Positions 9,198 through 18,081 of a DNA stretch of 64,000 nucleotides are shown here, piece by piece. The first letter of the stretch is position 1. Each line of letters begins with the position of its first letter. The stretch is taken from assembly GCA_963781585.1 (NCBI GenBank), contig CAWAGQ010000008.1:1-64000 (forward strand). The letters run 5' to 3'. The DNA comes from an uncultured Gemmatimonadaceae bacterium (GTDB lineage Bacteria > Gemmatimonadota > Gemmatimonadetes > Gemmatimonadales > Gemmatimonadaceae). The notes below the pieces were generated by a model that worked only from the letters and a program-made list of their open reading frames with translations, did not search any database and was not told the origin of the DNA. The position numbers were made by a program, and so were the translations under genes.

Positions 9198-9226
9198 TTG
9201 ACACGGCGCCCCGACGGCGTCAGCTT
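9198..9226 (+). promoter_or_regulatory. Sigma70-like promoter for the antisense ncRNA candidate
   Basis: TTGACA(9198)-17 bp-CAGCTT(9221); predicted +1 near 9233, at the first base of the stem. Confidence 0.55.
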
Positions 9227-9232
9227 TTGGCA

Positions 9233-9310
9233 GGTGCCCGTCACCGAGGTGAACGTCGGCCTCACGCCGTGTGTTCGATTCACTCGAACCTAGCCTCGGT
9301 GACGGGCATC
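9233..9310 (+). ncRNA. DUF3800-associated structured RNA candidate (multibranch; antisense to the DUF3800 3' end)
   Basis: 15-bp perfect stem TGCCCGTCACCGAGG(9235-9249) / CCTCGGTGACGGGCA(9294-9308) enclosing hairpins CGGC-CTCAC-GCCG and GTTCGA-TTCAC-TCGAAC; a G-U extension works only on the + strand. Confidence 0.65.
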
Positions 9311-10109
9311 AAGCGTTCCAGAGTGAGCGGATTCCTCGACGTGTAGTATTCGCCGTAACGGTGACTTCGCGTGTCATCGACGTCCACAATGAGCGCATAT
9401 CGCTGGCGCAGCGGTTCGAAGAAACGCTGATCCCCACGCTCCAAGAGGCGCTGCAAGGCCCAAAGCAGATAGTCCGCAGCCTGCAGTCCAGCAAACTCGT
9501 CGGGATACGCCGCGGACACCGTCGTCGGGCGGTCGATTCCTCTCTTCCACTTCTGCTCAAAACGCGCCTTGGCGAGGTCAATCTTGGCCCCGAGCGCGTG
9601 GGTGCGCCCAGACTTCCCGCGACGCGCAAACACGATGCGATTTGCATCGGCGAGATGGAGGCGGTTCGGGAGATCGGCAGTAGCAGCTGCTCGTAGATCG
9701 CCTCGACCTCCCCCTTCCGTCCCTTGCGGGCGTAGTATGTCGCCAAATCGCGCGCAACGCGGTGCTTACGCCGAAAAGCGACGAACATCTGCATGTCCTC
9801 CTGCGCGAGCAGTCTGAACACTTCCAGACGGACTTCCGGCAGATCGTTCTTCGCGTGAAACGCACGTGCGGTTTTCCGGCTTGCCGACAGCATCGAGGGG
9901 GCGGTTCGGAGAAAAGAATCCTCAAGGAGTCGCCGTCGAAGCCCCTCTATCCTCACTGCCAAGCCGTCCGGGTCTTTGTGAAAGAGCGCGCCGACGACGA
10001 ACGTCTGCGAGACTCCTTCCCCTCCTATGGCGACCTGCCCTCTCTTGTCGAAGAAAGCTAGATCGCCTGCCTCGTCCACGAAGTAGTGATGGGTCCCTGG
10101 ACTGGTCAC
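9280..10109 (-). pseudogene. DUF3800 family (RNase H-like) protein, one frameshift at ~9670-9690
   Basis: YFVDEAGD at the N-terminus, FHAKNDLPEVR, and C-terminal GLQAADYLLWALQR (QxxD); split over ORFs 9309..10196 and 9280..9633; GTG 10109 likely start. Confidence 0.8.
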
Positions 10110-10174
10110 TCGGGAAAAGCTACGTCGGTTCTGCGAAGCTTCCTCATCAAGATATTGCACGCCGTGTCGTAACA

Positions 10175-10297
10175 TTGACTTTGGAGTGGGCGTCATTGCG
10201 CGCCGTGACCTGGCCCTGGGACCTACACCTCGCCCCCGATGCGATGTACGACGAGATCAAGCCGAACGACCGCCGGGTGATCGAACCACGAGGGTGA
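10175..10297 (+). pseudogene. Internally deleted DUF4160/DUF2442 TA remnant
   Basis: LTLEWA (DUF4160) joined to AVTWP..LAPDAMYDEIK..VIEPRG* (DUF2442); DNA matches 13169-13193 and 13455-13553. Confidence 0.75.
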
Positions 10298-10544
10298 CGG
10301 CCTGGCATCAGTCAATCCCTTCTCCCTGATGGCGTAGCGACCACCCGTCGCCCGGCTTTCCCCAGCACGCCCGCCAGATCCGCGGCCGTTGGTGCTCTCT
10401 CCAACGTCGCCGCTTACGGCACAGTCCGGATCGGGCGTTGACCGTGTCGCATCCGCCCTCGGAAATCGCTTTCCTCTCACGCCCGGACGTCCCATATTAG
10501 CGCGGACGATGGATCCCCGATCATCGGGATCCGGGAGGCAGCAC

Positions 10545-11429
10545 ATGATGAGACGGCGCATGCTGGGAACCAGGAGACGCGTATCCGCGCGCGCGTGGCA
10601 GAGTCTCCTGCGCCGCATCGCGGCAGTGGCCAGCGAGATCGCCGACCAACGGCGCTCGCTCGAGAGCCAGGCGGCGTTCGTGCAATCACGTATCGAAGCG
10701 CTGGAGCGCGAGGTCCTCGAAGCCCGTGTCGCGCGCGCCGCAGCCAGAGCCGAACTGGAAGCGACCCGGGAGCGTGAGGCCACCGCGCGCCGGCATCGCC
10801 CTGCCAGGGGATGCCCTCCCGCGGTGCGCGCCGCCCGCAGGGCCGAGCTCTCGGCGCTGGGGCGGGCTCGCTGGGAGCAATGGGACAAGACCCGGAACCT
10901 CGAGAGGCACGCCGAAATGGTCGAGTCCTGGGGACTTTCGCGGCAGGTGGAATTCCGCACCCTGTGTGAGCAGCTTGAGCAATTCGACCGCCAACCTCCG
11001 CCGCCGGCCCTGGTCTATCTCCTCGCCAAACGCGACGCCATGGCCGCCCGCATGAACACAGCGCAGAGCGCGCACGGGAGAGCCGGAGGCTCGGACCAGG
11101 TCTGGCGCCCGCCGGTCCTCCCTCGCGCCGAGTTGTCCGCCATCCGGACCCTCGTCAGGCGCGAGACGTGGTCGGAGAATCCCCAACCGTACGGCGCGCT
11201 GTTGCCTCCGGTCTGGGAGTGCGAGCACTGCGGCCATCCGGTACCCGTCGGATATCACCGCTTCTGCTCACAGCGCTGCCGCAATCTGCACCGCGGCACA
11301 CTGCGCGTGGCGTCCACGGCGAAATGGGATGGCGAGGCAGGCGATGTGCCAGCGGTGCTGTTCGAGGGCGAATGGCCTGGGGAGGAGACGACTCGGACCC
11401 TCTTGCCGGACGTGCTCGCGGGCGGGTAG
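10545..11429 (+). CDS. Hypothetical protein: coiled coil plus C-terminal zinc finger
   Basis: GGGAGG SD before ATG 10545; Arg/Ala/Glu helical region; CEHC..FCSQRC treble-clef-like motif. Confidence 0.55.
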   Translation: MMRRRMLGTRRRVSARAWQSLLRRIAAVASEIADQRRSLESQAAFVQSRIEALEREVLEARVARAAARAELEATREREATARRHRPARGCPPAVRAARRAELSALGRARWEQWDKTRNLERHAEMVESWGLSRQVEFRTLCEQLEQFDRQPPPPALVYLLAKRDAMAARMNTAQSAHGRAGGSDQVWRPPVLPRAELSAIRTLVRRETWSENPQPYGALLPPVWECEHCGHPVPVGYHRFCSQRCRNLHRGTLRVASTAKWDGEAGDVPAVLFEGEWPGEETTRTLLPDVLAGG

Positions 11430-11507
11430 ACTCGTGTGACAATCGCCGGCCCGGGATGACTTGTGGCTCGCGGGTTTTCCGGTGGAAGTCCTGAGCGACC
11501 GCAAGCC

Positions 11508-12896
11508 GTGAAGAAGCCATCTCGACGCAAACTCGCTGAGCTGGGCGCCGATCGCCTCGCCGAGACCCTGCTTGACCTGGCCGATCGCGACGCGGATGTG
11601 GCGCGCACGGTGGCGCGCCTGACCTCCGCTCCGGCGGAGAACGTCCACCGGTTCCGGGCATCTCTCACGCGTATCCGTGCCGCCCGCTTTGTTCCATACC
11701 ACGCTGCCAGCGGGTACGCCGCGGACCTCCGAGCTCTCCTTGCCGATCTCGAGGCCGGTGTGCCCGATCCGCGGACGGGCGTCGAGCTCGTGGCAGCATT
11801 CTATCGCGCAGACGCGGACGCATTCGAGTCGTGTGACGACTCCGACGGCCTGGTAGGCGATGTCTTTCGCTTCGACGCGCGCGACGTCTTTACTCGTTAT
11901 GCGCGCGGCTGCGAGGACAAGGACTGGCTCGTCGAGGTAATCGCCGATCTGGTGGCGGCCGACGACTACGGTGTACGAAGCGCTGTCCTGGACACGGCCT
12001 CCCAATACCTCCCGGAGCCTGCGCTGCGGGCATTTGCCGATCGGCTGCTGGAAGAAGCGCAGCGTGCGAAGGGCACCGGCCGACACGACGCATTCGATGC
12101 GCCCGGCATTCATTGGTATCTCCTCGTGGAAGCCGTGGCGCGCCAGCTCAACGATCCGCGCCTGTTCGAGCGCGTCCGGCGCGCCTGGTCACCCCAACTC
12201 GGCGTGGCCGCGTGCAAGGACATCTCGGAAGCATGGCTCGCCGCCGGCCAACCAGCCATTGCGCTCTCGTGGCTGGAACGCGTGGATCCCGGGGAAGGGT
12301 TCATGCAGTACGAGCGTGAGGACCTGCTCCGGACGATTCATGAACAACTCGGAAATCGCGAGGAGGTTGAGCGCATTGTCTGGAAGCGGTTTCACGACGC
12401 ACGCTCGGCTGAGACGCTTGGCGATCTGCTGAAAGTGATCGGCGACGATCGCCGCGCGGCCGTCATTGCCGATGCCGCGGCGGCGATCCTTCAGAACGGT
12501 GCGTTCGCTCCCGGCGATGCCCGCTTCCTCGTGGAGTGCGACCGGGTGGCGGACGCTGCCGACTACGTCTTCACGCATCACGGCCGCGTCAACGGAGACG
12601 ACTGGTGGGACCTCGTACCCCTGGCCGAGTCGTTGAACCAGGAGCCGCTGGCCGCCACGGTGGTGTATCGTGCGTTACTGGATTCCATTCTCGCCCGCGC
12701 GCAGTCGCGCGCGTACGCCCACGCCGCGCGGTATCTGCGCCGACTGGACGGGCTGGCGAGCCTCATCAAGGACTGGAGAGCACTTGCGCCACATGCGGTG
12801 TATGCGGCAGCCGTGCGAGCCCGCCATGGAAGAAAGCGCAGCTTCTGGACTCGTTATGACGAGACAGAGGATGGCAATCGAGAACGGGAGCGCTGA
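11508..12896 (+). CDS. DUF6880-like helical-repeat protein
   Basis: LAELGADRLAETLL..FESCDDSDGLVGDVFR..YRALLDSILARAQSRAYAHAARYL..HGRKRSFW; start GTG 11508 or 11463. Confidence 0.75.
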   Translation: MKKPSRRKLAELGADRLAETLLDLADRDADVARTVARLTSAPAENVHRFRASLTRIRAARFVPYHAASGYAADLRALLADLEAGVPDPRTGVELVAAFYRADADAFESCDDSDGLVGDVFRFDARDVFTRYARGCEDKDWLVEVIADLVAADDYGVRSAVLDTASQYLPEPALRAFADRLLEEAQRAKGTGRHDAFDAPGIHWYLLVEAVARQLNDPRLFERVRRAWSPQLGVAACKDISEAWLAAGQPAIALSWLERVDPGEGFMQYEREDLLRTIHEQLGNREEVERIVWKRFHDARSAETLGDLLKVIGDDRRAAVIADAAAAILQNGAFAPGDARFLVECDRVADAADYVFTHHGRVNGDDWWDLVPLAESLNQEPLAATVVYRALLDSILARAQSRAYAHAARYLRRLDGLASLIKDWRALAPHAVYAAAVRARHGRKRSFWTRYDETEDGNRERER

Positions 12897-13012
12897 GCGT
12901 CCGGTCTTCAATCCGCCCCGAATCCGCCGCGTCCGTCAATTCCACGGCCGTGGAGTGCCTGGCCTGATCAGGCTGACCGTGCTCGTCCAAGGTCCGTCTG
13001 GACGGCGCACGC

Positions 13013-13270
13013 ATGCCCGAGATCTCCCGGTTCTTCGGGATTGTCATCCGGATGTATTGGACGGATCATGGTCCACCTCACTTTCACGCGCGCTATGCCG
13101 ATCACAGGTGCAGTATCGACATTGCCACCTTGAGCATTCTGAGCGGGCACTGCCTCGGCGCGATCGCGTTGACATTGGAGTGGGCAGTGCTGCACCGTGA
13201 AGCATTGATGGAGGACTGGCAGCTATGCGCCGCGAATCAGAGCCCGAAACGGATTCCGCCGCTCGACTGA
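13013..13270 (+). CDS. DUF4160 family (HicA-like) putative toxin
   Basis: MPEISRFFGIVIRMY..HGPPHFHARY..LEWA..LMEDW..IPPLD. Confidence 0.88.
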   Translation: MPEISRFFGIVIRMYWTDHGPPHFHARYADHRCSIDIATLSILSGHCLGAIALTLEWAVLHREALMEDWQLCAANQSPKRIPPLD

Positions 13271-13551
13271 GTCAACGCGTCCCATGGGTCGTCACTTCGG
13301 TGCGCGCCCTGGATGATCATCGCCTGCACGTGAGATTCAGAGACGGCACGGAGGGCGACGTCGACGTCTCCCGGCTCATCTTGTCGGCGGGGGCCGGCGT
13401 CTTTGCAGTATTGCGCGACCCGCTGCTCTTTCAGAGCGTCCGCGTCCACGACGGCGCCGTGACCTGGCCCGGGGAGCTGGACCTCGCCCCCGATGCGATG
13501 TACGACGAGATCAAGGCGAACGGCCGCTGGGTGATCGAACCACGAGGGTGA
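13267..13551 (+). CDS. DUF2442 family putative antitoxin
   Basis: LHVRFRDGTEGDVD..GVFAVLRDPLLFQSV..VTWPGELDLAPDAMY; start codon uncertain (CTGA overlap rather than ATGA). Confidence 0.8.
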   Translation: MSQRVPWVVTSVRALDDHRLHVRFRDGTEGDVDVSRLILSAGAGVFAVLRDPLLFQSVRVHDGAVTWPGELDLAPDAMYDEIKANGRWVIEPRG

Positions 13552-13561
13552 CGTCACGGTG

Positions 13562-13819
13562 CTACCTGTACACATCGCGCCGATGACCGATGCGGATGAC
13601 CGTGATCAGCACCACGCGGTCCTCGATCCGGTAGATCACCCGATAGTCTCCCACCCGGATGCGGTACAGGTCGTCGCTCCCCACCAGCTTCCGCGAGATG
13701 GGCGGACGGGGATCCCTGCCGAGAGCATCGATGCGCGCTCCGATTTTCTTCTGGAGCGGCGCCTCCAGTTCCGCGAATTGCCGCGCGGCGCGCGAAGTCA
13801 ACTCGATCCGATAGGCCAC
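13562..13819 (-). CDS. RelE/ParE family toxin
   Basis: YRIELTSRAARQF..DPRP..KLVGSDDLYRIRVGDYRVIYRI..IGHRRDVYR. Confidence 0.92.
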   Translation of the reverse strand: MAYRIELTSRAARQFAELEAPLQKKIGARIDALGRDPRPPISRKLVGSDDLYRIRVGDYRVIYRIEDRVVLITVIRIGHRRDVYR

Positions 13820-13865
13820 TCATCGTTCCTCGACCCACCAACCGTTGCCGGCAGGCCCCCAGCCG

Positions 13866-14114
13866 CTACAGCCCGAGTTTCTTCTTCAGGTCCTTCCACG
13901 AAACGCGCTCCGACGACTCCTCGAGCGCGGCCCGCGCCGCCTCGATGTCGTAACGATCTTCGAGCGCTTCGAGCAAGGCCAGATCGTCGACCGAAATCAG
14001 TGCCGCGACGTCCTTGCCGTGGCGATGCAGGACCACCCGTGCACCGCGGCCCGCGACCTCATTCAGAATGTCCGCCAGCTGTTCCCGCGCCTTGCTCGCC
14101 GGTACCCGGTTCAC
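13866..14114 (-). CDS. Phd/YefM family antitoxin
   Basis: ASKAREQLADILNEV..RVVLHRHGKDVAALISVDDL; SD AGAGGAG; upstream of the RelE gene. Confidence 0.9.
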   Translation of the reverse strand: MNRVPASKAREQLADILNEVAGRGARVVLHRHGKDVAALISVDDLALLEALEDRYDIEAARAALEESSERVSWKDLKKKLGL

Positions 14115-14135
14115 CTCGACTCCTCTCTTACGGGA

Positions 14136-14169
14136 CGTACAATCTGTACAAACTGTACAAATGTGTCAA
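14136..14169 (-). promoter_or_regulatory. phd-relE promoter/operator
   Basis: TTGACA on the minus strand at 14169-14164; (T/C)GTACA palindromic hexamers at 14136, 14145 and 14154 (9-bp period). Confidence 0.65.
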
Positions 14170-14233
14170 CCGGCCCGACTGCCGCATCCTGTGTCCAAGC
14201 GCAGGCCATCGACGTTCGCAGACCATCACCAAT

Positions 14234-16159
14234 TCATCGCCGCTCGAGCGCGTGGAATCCTGCTTCCATCAGATATCCGTACGTCTCATCCACCTCTGCC
14301 ATCGGCGGCACGAACACCACGCACGCATCGCGCCCCCGCGTGAGCAGCACCCGATAGGCGTTGACTCGCAGCTGAAACGGGTCACGCACCTTCGCCCCGG
14401 GCCGGTACCCGCGCGCCCGCGCGATCGACCACTCGCCCCGGTCACGCACCAAGTCGGTCCCCCACGCCAGCAGCGTCGCGTCGAGCTCCAGCCCCTGCGC
14501 CCCGAACTCGGTCACACACTCCTCCAGCCGCCGGCAGCTCCGACCTGAGTAGTCGTCTTCCGCGTCGCCGTACCAGGGACCGAATCGCACCCGCTTGGTC
14601 GACTGATAGTCGTTCGGCACCCCAAACTGGACGAGGGCCCGATCCTTCGACGATGCGACGAGCCCGAAACGTGCCTCCCGGTCGTCCGCATAACGATCAC
14701 GGAGATACTTCTTCGCCTCGACGAACGAGCGCGTGATGCGCAGGTGGAATCCGTCCGCCGAGAGTCGATCGGCCAGCGGCGCCAGCGCGGACGCCGGCTC
14801 TCCGGCAAGGAGCCGCCCCACGAAATCGTGCACGTCCTTCGCCAGATGGAAGCGCAGCTCCTGATCCAGATTCAACTCCGGCTTCACGTCACACGGAACG
14901 GTGCTCTCTGCGAAGACCCTGGCCACCGACGGCGGCGCGTGCACAGTCCACGTCCCCGCGCCGGGCGACCGCTCCACCGCCCAACGCCACTGCACGAGAC
15001 CCGCCTCCTCGCCGACGTGAATCTCCTGCCCGCTCCCGATCAGTCCCACCACCACGCACCACTCGGGAATACGCTCGGCGAATTCGATGAAGTGCTCCGG
15101 TTCCGACTTGTCCGCGTGGTTCTTGTGAGTCTCCGCGACCTTTTCGGCGTCGAACGCCCGCTGCGCCTCGTCGAACACGAGCACGTGCTCGGGAGGCACG
15201 AGTCCCGGCTTCGATGAATACCGCCTCACGTAGTCCTTCACCCGGCGTACGAACGTCTTCCCGCCACCTCCCGCCTCACGCAGCTCGTACTGCAGCACGT
15301 CCACCAGGGGCCCGTTGCCGCTCAGAAACACCGCCGGCACCGTCGGCCGCCCCTCGGCGCGAGGGACCGCGAGATCGTCGAGATAGTGCGCGTGGACCGT
15401 GCGGAGTCCGACCAGGGTCTTCCCTGCCCCGGGCACGCCGGTGAGCAGCACGAGATGCCGCGACTTCGTGAGCGCCGCCTGATGGATCACCCGCGAGATC
15501 GCATCGACCGCCGGTTCCGTCGCCGCCCGCGCCCGTTCGATCTTCCGCAGCGTGCCTGACTGAAACAGCTCGCGCGCCGCTTCCACCAGTGTGGGCAGCG
15601 GACAGTACGCGCTCTCGGCCAGGAACCGCGCGCGGTCGATGGTCGGGCCGCTATGTGCGGAAGTGAGGTTGCCGATGAGTGCGTCGAGCGCGTCCGGCCC
15701 GGTGATGTGCACGCCGTCCTGTTGGGACAGGTAGCCGTGCGCCCGCGTCGGCACCAGCACCGGGACGACGCTCCGGTCCACGCACTCGCGGTGATAACAG
15801 CGCAGATCGCGCGCGTACGCCGACGCCTGGTCGATGTCCGCCTGCGACGCATCCACTTTCCCCTTGAGTTCCACGACCATCACCCCTGCGCCCACGAGCA
15901 GCAGCACATCCGGCCGGCGCGACTCCATCGGCAGCTCGTACTCGAGAATGGCCGAGTACTGGCTCGCGAGCGCGTCGCGCACGAGCACCTCGTCCACCTC
16001 GTGCTGCAACGGCGGAATCGCGTCGGACCAGGCGCGGATCTGTTCGGGCGACGCGTCGGCCACGTACGAGACGAGCCGCTCGCGCACCTGCGCCGGCGGC
16101 GTCGATCGAAAGGTCGGGAAGTCCGACTCCCAGCCGCTGCGTGCCTGCTGGTCGGTCAT
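14234..16159 (-). CDS. DUF2075 (Schlafen group 3-like) helicase with N-terminal PD-(D/E)xK-like nuclease
   Basis: RRPDVLLL..VVELKG; Walker A GVPGAGKT; VFDEAQR; QGLELD; NAYRVLLTRGR; ATG 16159 preferred as start. Confidence 0.88.
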   Translation of the reverse strand: MTDQQARSGWESDFPTFRSTPPAQVRERLVSYVADASPEQIRAWSDAIPPLQHEVDEVLVRDALASQYSAILEYELPMESRRPDVLLLVGAGVMVVELKGKVDASQADIDQASAYARDLRCYHRECVDRSVVPVLVPTRAHGYLSQQDGVHITGPDALDALIGNLTSAHSGPTIDRARFLAESAYCPLPTLVEAARELFQSGTLRKIERARAATEPAVDAISRVIHQAALTKSRHLVLLTGVPGAGKTLVGLRTVHAHYLDDLAVPRAEGRPTVPAVFLSGNGPLVDVLQYELREAGGGGKTFVRRVKDYVRRYSSKPGLVPPEHVLVFDEAQRAFDAEKVAETHKNHADKSEPEHFIEFAERIPEWCVVVGLIGSGQEIHVGEEAGLVQWRWAVERSPGAGTWTVHAPPSVARVFAESTVPCDVKPELNLDQELRFHLAKDVHDFVGRLLAGEPASALAPLADRLSADGFHLRITRSFVEAKKYLRDRYADDREARFGLVASSKDRALVQFGVPNDYQSTKRVRFGPWYGDAEDDYSGRSCRRLEECVTEFGAQGLELDATLLAWGTDLVRDRGEWSIARARGYRPGAKVRDPFQLRVNAYRVLLTRGRDACVVFVPPMAEVDETYGYLMEAGFHALERR

Positions 16160-16381
16160 GTCAGGGTGGGGTGTGCGGACCCGGCGAGGCGAACCGAGGT
16201 GCGATGCTGCGCAATGTGTTGCGGGACTCAGCAGTGACGCCAGGTTGGCGTTCTGATCACACCGAATCTGAGTCGCCATCCTATGTCCGGCTCGCCGGGG
16301 CCCGCTTCGTCACGTCGCACGAATTGCCCGCCGTCAGACGCCGCTTCTCAGATGGCCCCACAGCCAATAGTCGGGAAACGT

Positions 16382-16440
16382 GGTATACTTCGTGTGCAGT
16401 AGTCTGCTGTAAATGCGTACTACTACACACGGAGTGTACC
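16382..16440 (+). promoter_or_regulatory. AbiEi-type long inverted-repeat operator
   Basis: GGTATACTTCGTGTGCAGTAGT-15 bp-ACTACTACACACGGAGTGTACC, 19/22 complementary. Confidence 0.7.
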
Positions 16441-16445
16441 TCCGA

Positions 16446-17252
16446 ATGCCTCCGTATTCCGCGATGGACAAGAGGAAGGCCATGTCGGTCCTGGCTCGCG
16501 CCGCCCACGGAGGGATCATTGACGTGGCCAGCGCGGCGCGCGCATTGCACCTTGCCCGCAACCGGACGTCGGCGTCACTCGCTGCCCTCGCGCGCGCCGG
16601 CTGGGTGACGCGGCTGAGACGCGGTCACTACTACATTCTGCCGCTCGAAGCGGAATCGGCCAGCGCCACGACCCACGACGATCCATGGTTGGTGGCGAGT
16701 CATCTGTTCACGCCCTGCTACATCGGCGGATGGAGCGCCGCTGAACACTGGGGGCTCACCGAACAGACGTTCGCCAGGACATTCGTCGTGTCGGCCGCTT
16801 CCGTGCGATCGCGGAACGCTGAAGTCCTCGGTCTTCGATTCCTCATCAAGCGAGTGCCGGCAGAGAGAGTGACCGGTGTGTCTACCGTGTGGAGAGGAAG
16901 TGAGCGGGTGCACGTGTCATCTCGCGAACGCACGATCGCCGATGTGCTTCGTGATCCGTCGTGGTTGGGAGGGGTCCGCAACGTGGCCGATGCGTTGCTC
17001 CGCTACCTCGAGTTGCCCCACAGTTCGCTCGACAGACTCCTGCGCGAAATCAGGCGCTTTCGACCAGGCGCTCCCGCCAAGCGTCTCGGTTGGCTTCTCG
17101 AATCGCTGCGGCAGGGCGATGCTGCTGCCCTCAATGAACTGTTGTCGATCAGGACCGCCGGCAACGTCAAGCTGGATCCCGCCGTTCCATCGCGCGGCCG
17201 GCTCTCCAGGCGGTGGGGGCTGTGGATCAACGCAGACGTTACGCAGCGGTGA
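16446..17252 (+). CDS. Type IV TA antitoxin, AbiEi family transcriptional regulator
   Basis: wHTH (LARAGWVTRLRRGHY), YIGGWSAAEHWGLTEQ, SSRERTIAD, KRLGWLLE, RWGLWIN; start uncertain (16413, 16446 or 16464). Confidence 0.85.
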   Translation: MPPYSAMDKRKAMSVLARAAHGGIIDVASAARALHLARNRTSASLAALARAGWVTRLRRGHYYILPLEAESASATTHDDPWLVASHLFTPCYIGGWSAAEHWGLTEQTFARTFVVSAASVRSRNAEVLGLRFLIKRVPAERVTGVSTVWRGSERVHVSSRERTIADVLRDPSWLGGVRNVADALLRYLELPHSSLDRLLREIRRFRPGAPAKRLGWLLESLRQGDAAALNELLSIRTAGNVKLDPAVPSRGRLSRRWGLWINADVTQR

Positions 17253-17538
17253 CGACTACAGAGGACGGCGATCCTGCTGTGATTACCGCCGCGTTGGGCG
17301 AAATCGCGCGCGCGAAGGGCATGGCGACCATCGCCGCAGAAGCCGGCTTGGGACGCGAAGCCTCCACAAGGTACTCTCGTCGCACGGAAATCCGGAATTC
17401 TCCACGGTTCTCCGCGTCATTCGCGCCCTGGGGCTTGACCTCAAGCCCGTGCCAGCGCGACGATCACCGCGAAAGCCCTTTTCCTGGCGCCGCATCCCGG
17501 TGCTGACAGCGGTTCGCGCCGCCTCGGCGTCGTACTGA
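17249..17538 (+). pseudogene. HigA-like addiction-module antidote (HI1420 family) remnant
   Basis: EDGDPAVITAALGEIARAKGMATIAAEAGLGRE/SLHKVLSSHGNPEFSTVLRVIRALGL; frameshift ~17360, N-terminus missing. Confidence 0.75.
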
Positions 17539-17574
17539 TCCTCCAGAGCTTTCGGGGAGAATCGCCAGGTCATC
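17509..17574 (-). pseudogene. Phd/YefM antitoxin fragment
   Basis: DDLAIL/ALEDQYDAEAARTA aligns with DDLALLEALEDRYDIEAARAA of 13866..14114. Confidence 0.55.
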
Positions 17575-17819
17575 ATCCCTACCTTCGATCGATCCCTTTG
17601 CGGCGTGATTTGAGGGAACGGCAAACTCAACCCCCAGTCGGTCGCACGGCAGACTCTCCAGTCGGTGGGGGATGTAGATCAACGCAGACGTTACGCAGCG
17701 GTGAGATCCGGTGACCGACTTGTCGGCGTGATTTCAGCCCCAGCCCGCGACCAAACGATGACGATCCGGCAGCTCGCGCGACGCATTCTGCCGTCCGCTC
17801 CATTCGGCGGCAGTGTGTC

Positions 17820-18077
17820 GTGCCTGAGATCTCCCGCTTCTTCGGAATCGTTATCAGTATGTACCGCCGTGAGCACGGCGCACCACATTTTCACGCGAGG
17901 TACGGCGGATACAAGGCCAGCATTGATATCGAGTCCGAGGTCGTTCGCGGCTACCTGCCGCCCAGTGCGCGGCGTCTGGTCCTTGATTGGACCAGACTGC
18001 ACCAGCAAGAATTAATGGAGAACTGGCACCGAAGCCGCGGCGAAGCGGACCTCATGCCGGTGGCCCCATTGGAGTAA
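17820..18077 (+). CDS. DUF4160 family putative toxin
   Basis: MPEISRFFGIVISMY..HGAPHFHARY..LVLDW..ELMENW..VAPLE. Confidence 0.9.
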   Translation: MPEISRFFGIVISMYRREHGAPHFHARYGGYKASIDIESEVVRGYLPPSARRLVLDWTRLHQQELMENWHRSRGEADLMPVAPLE

Positions 18078-18081
18078 GCAC

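Larger units (their letters stand above)
17225..17704 (+). repeat. 28-bp perfect direct repeat of the abiEi 3' end (17225-17252 and 17677-17704)
   Basis: GATCAACGCAGACGTTACGCAGCGGTGA twice; degenerate similarity extends about 60 bp upstream. Confidence 0.85.

Noticed and set aside
9233..9310. tRNA (contains a G-TTCGATT-C T-loop-like sequence)
   Set aside because: No cloverleaf: the closing stem is 15-17 bp, there is no D/anticodon arm layout and no CCA; kept as an ncRNA candidate instead
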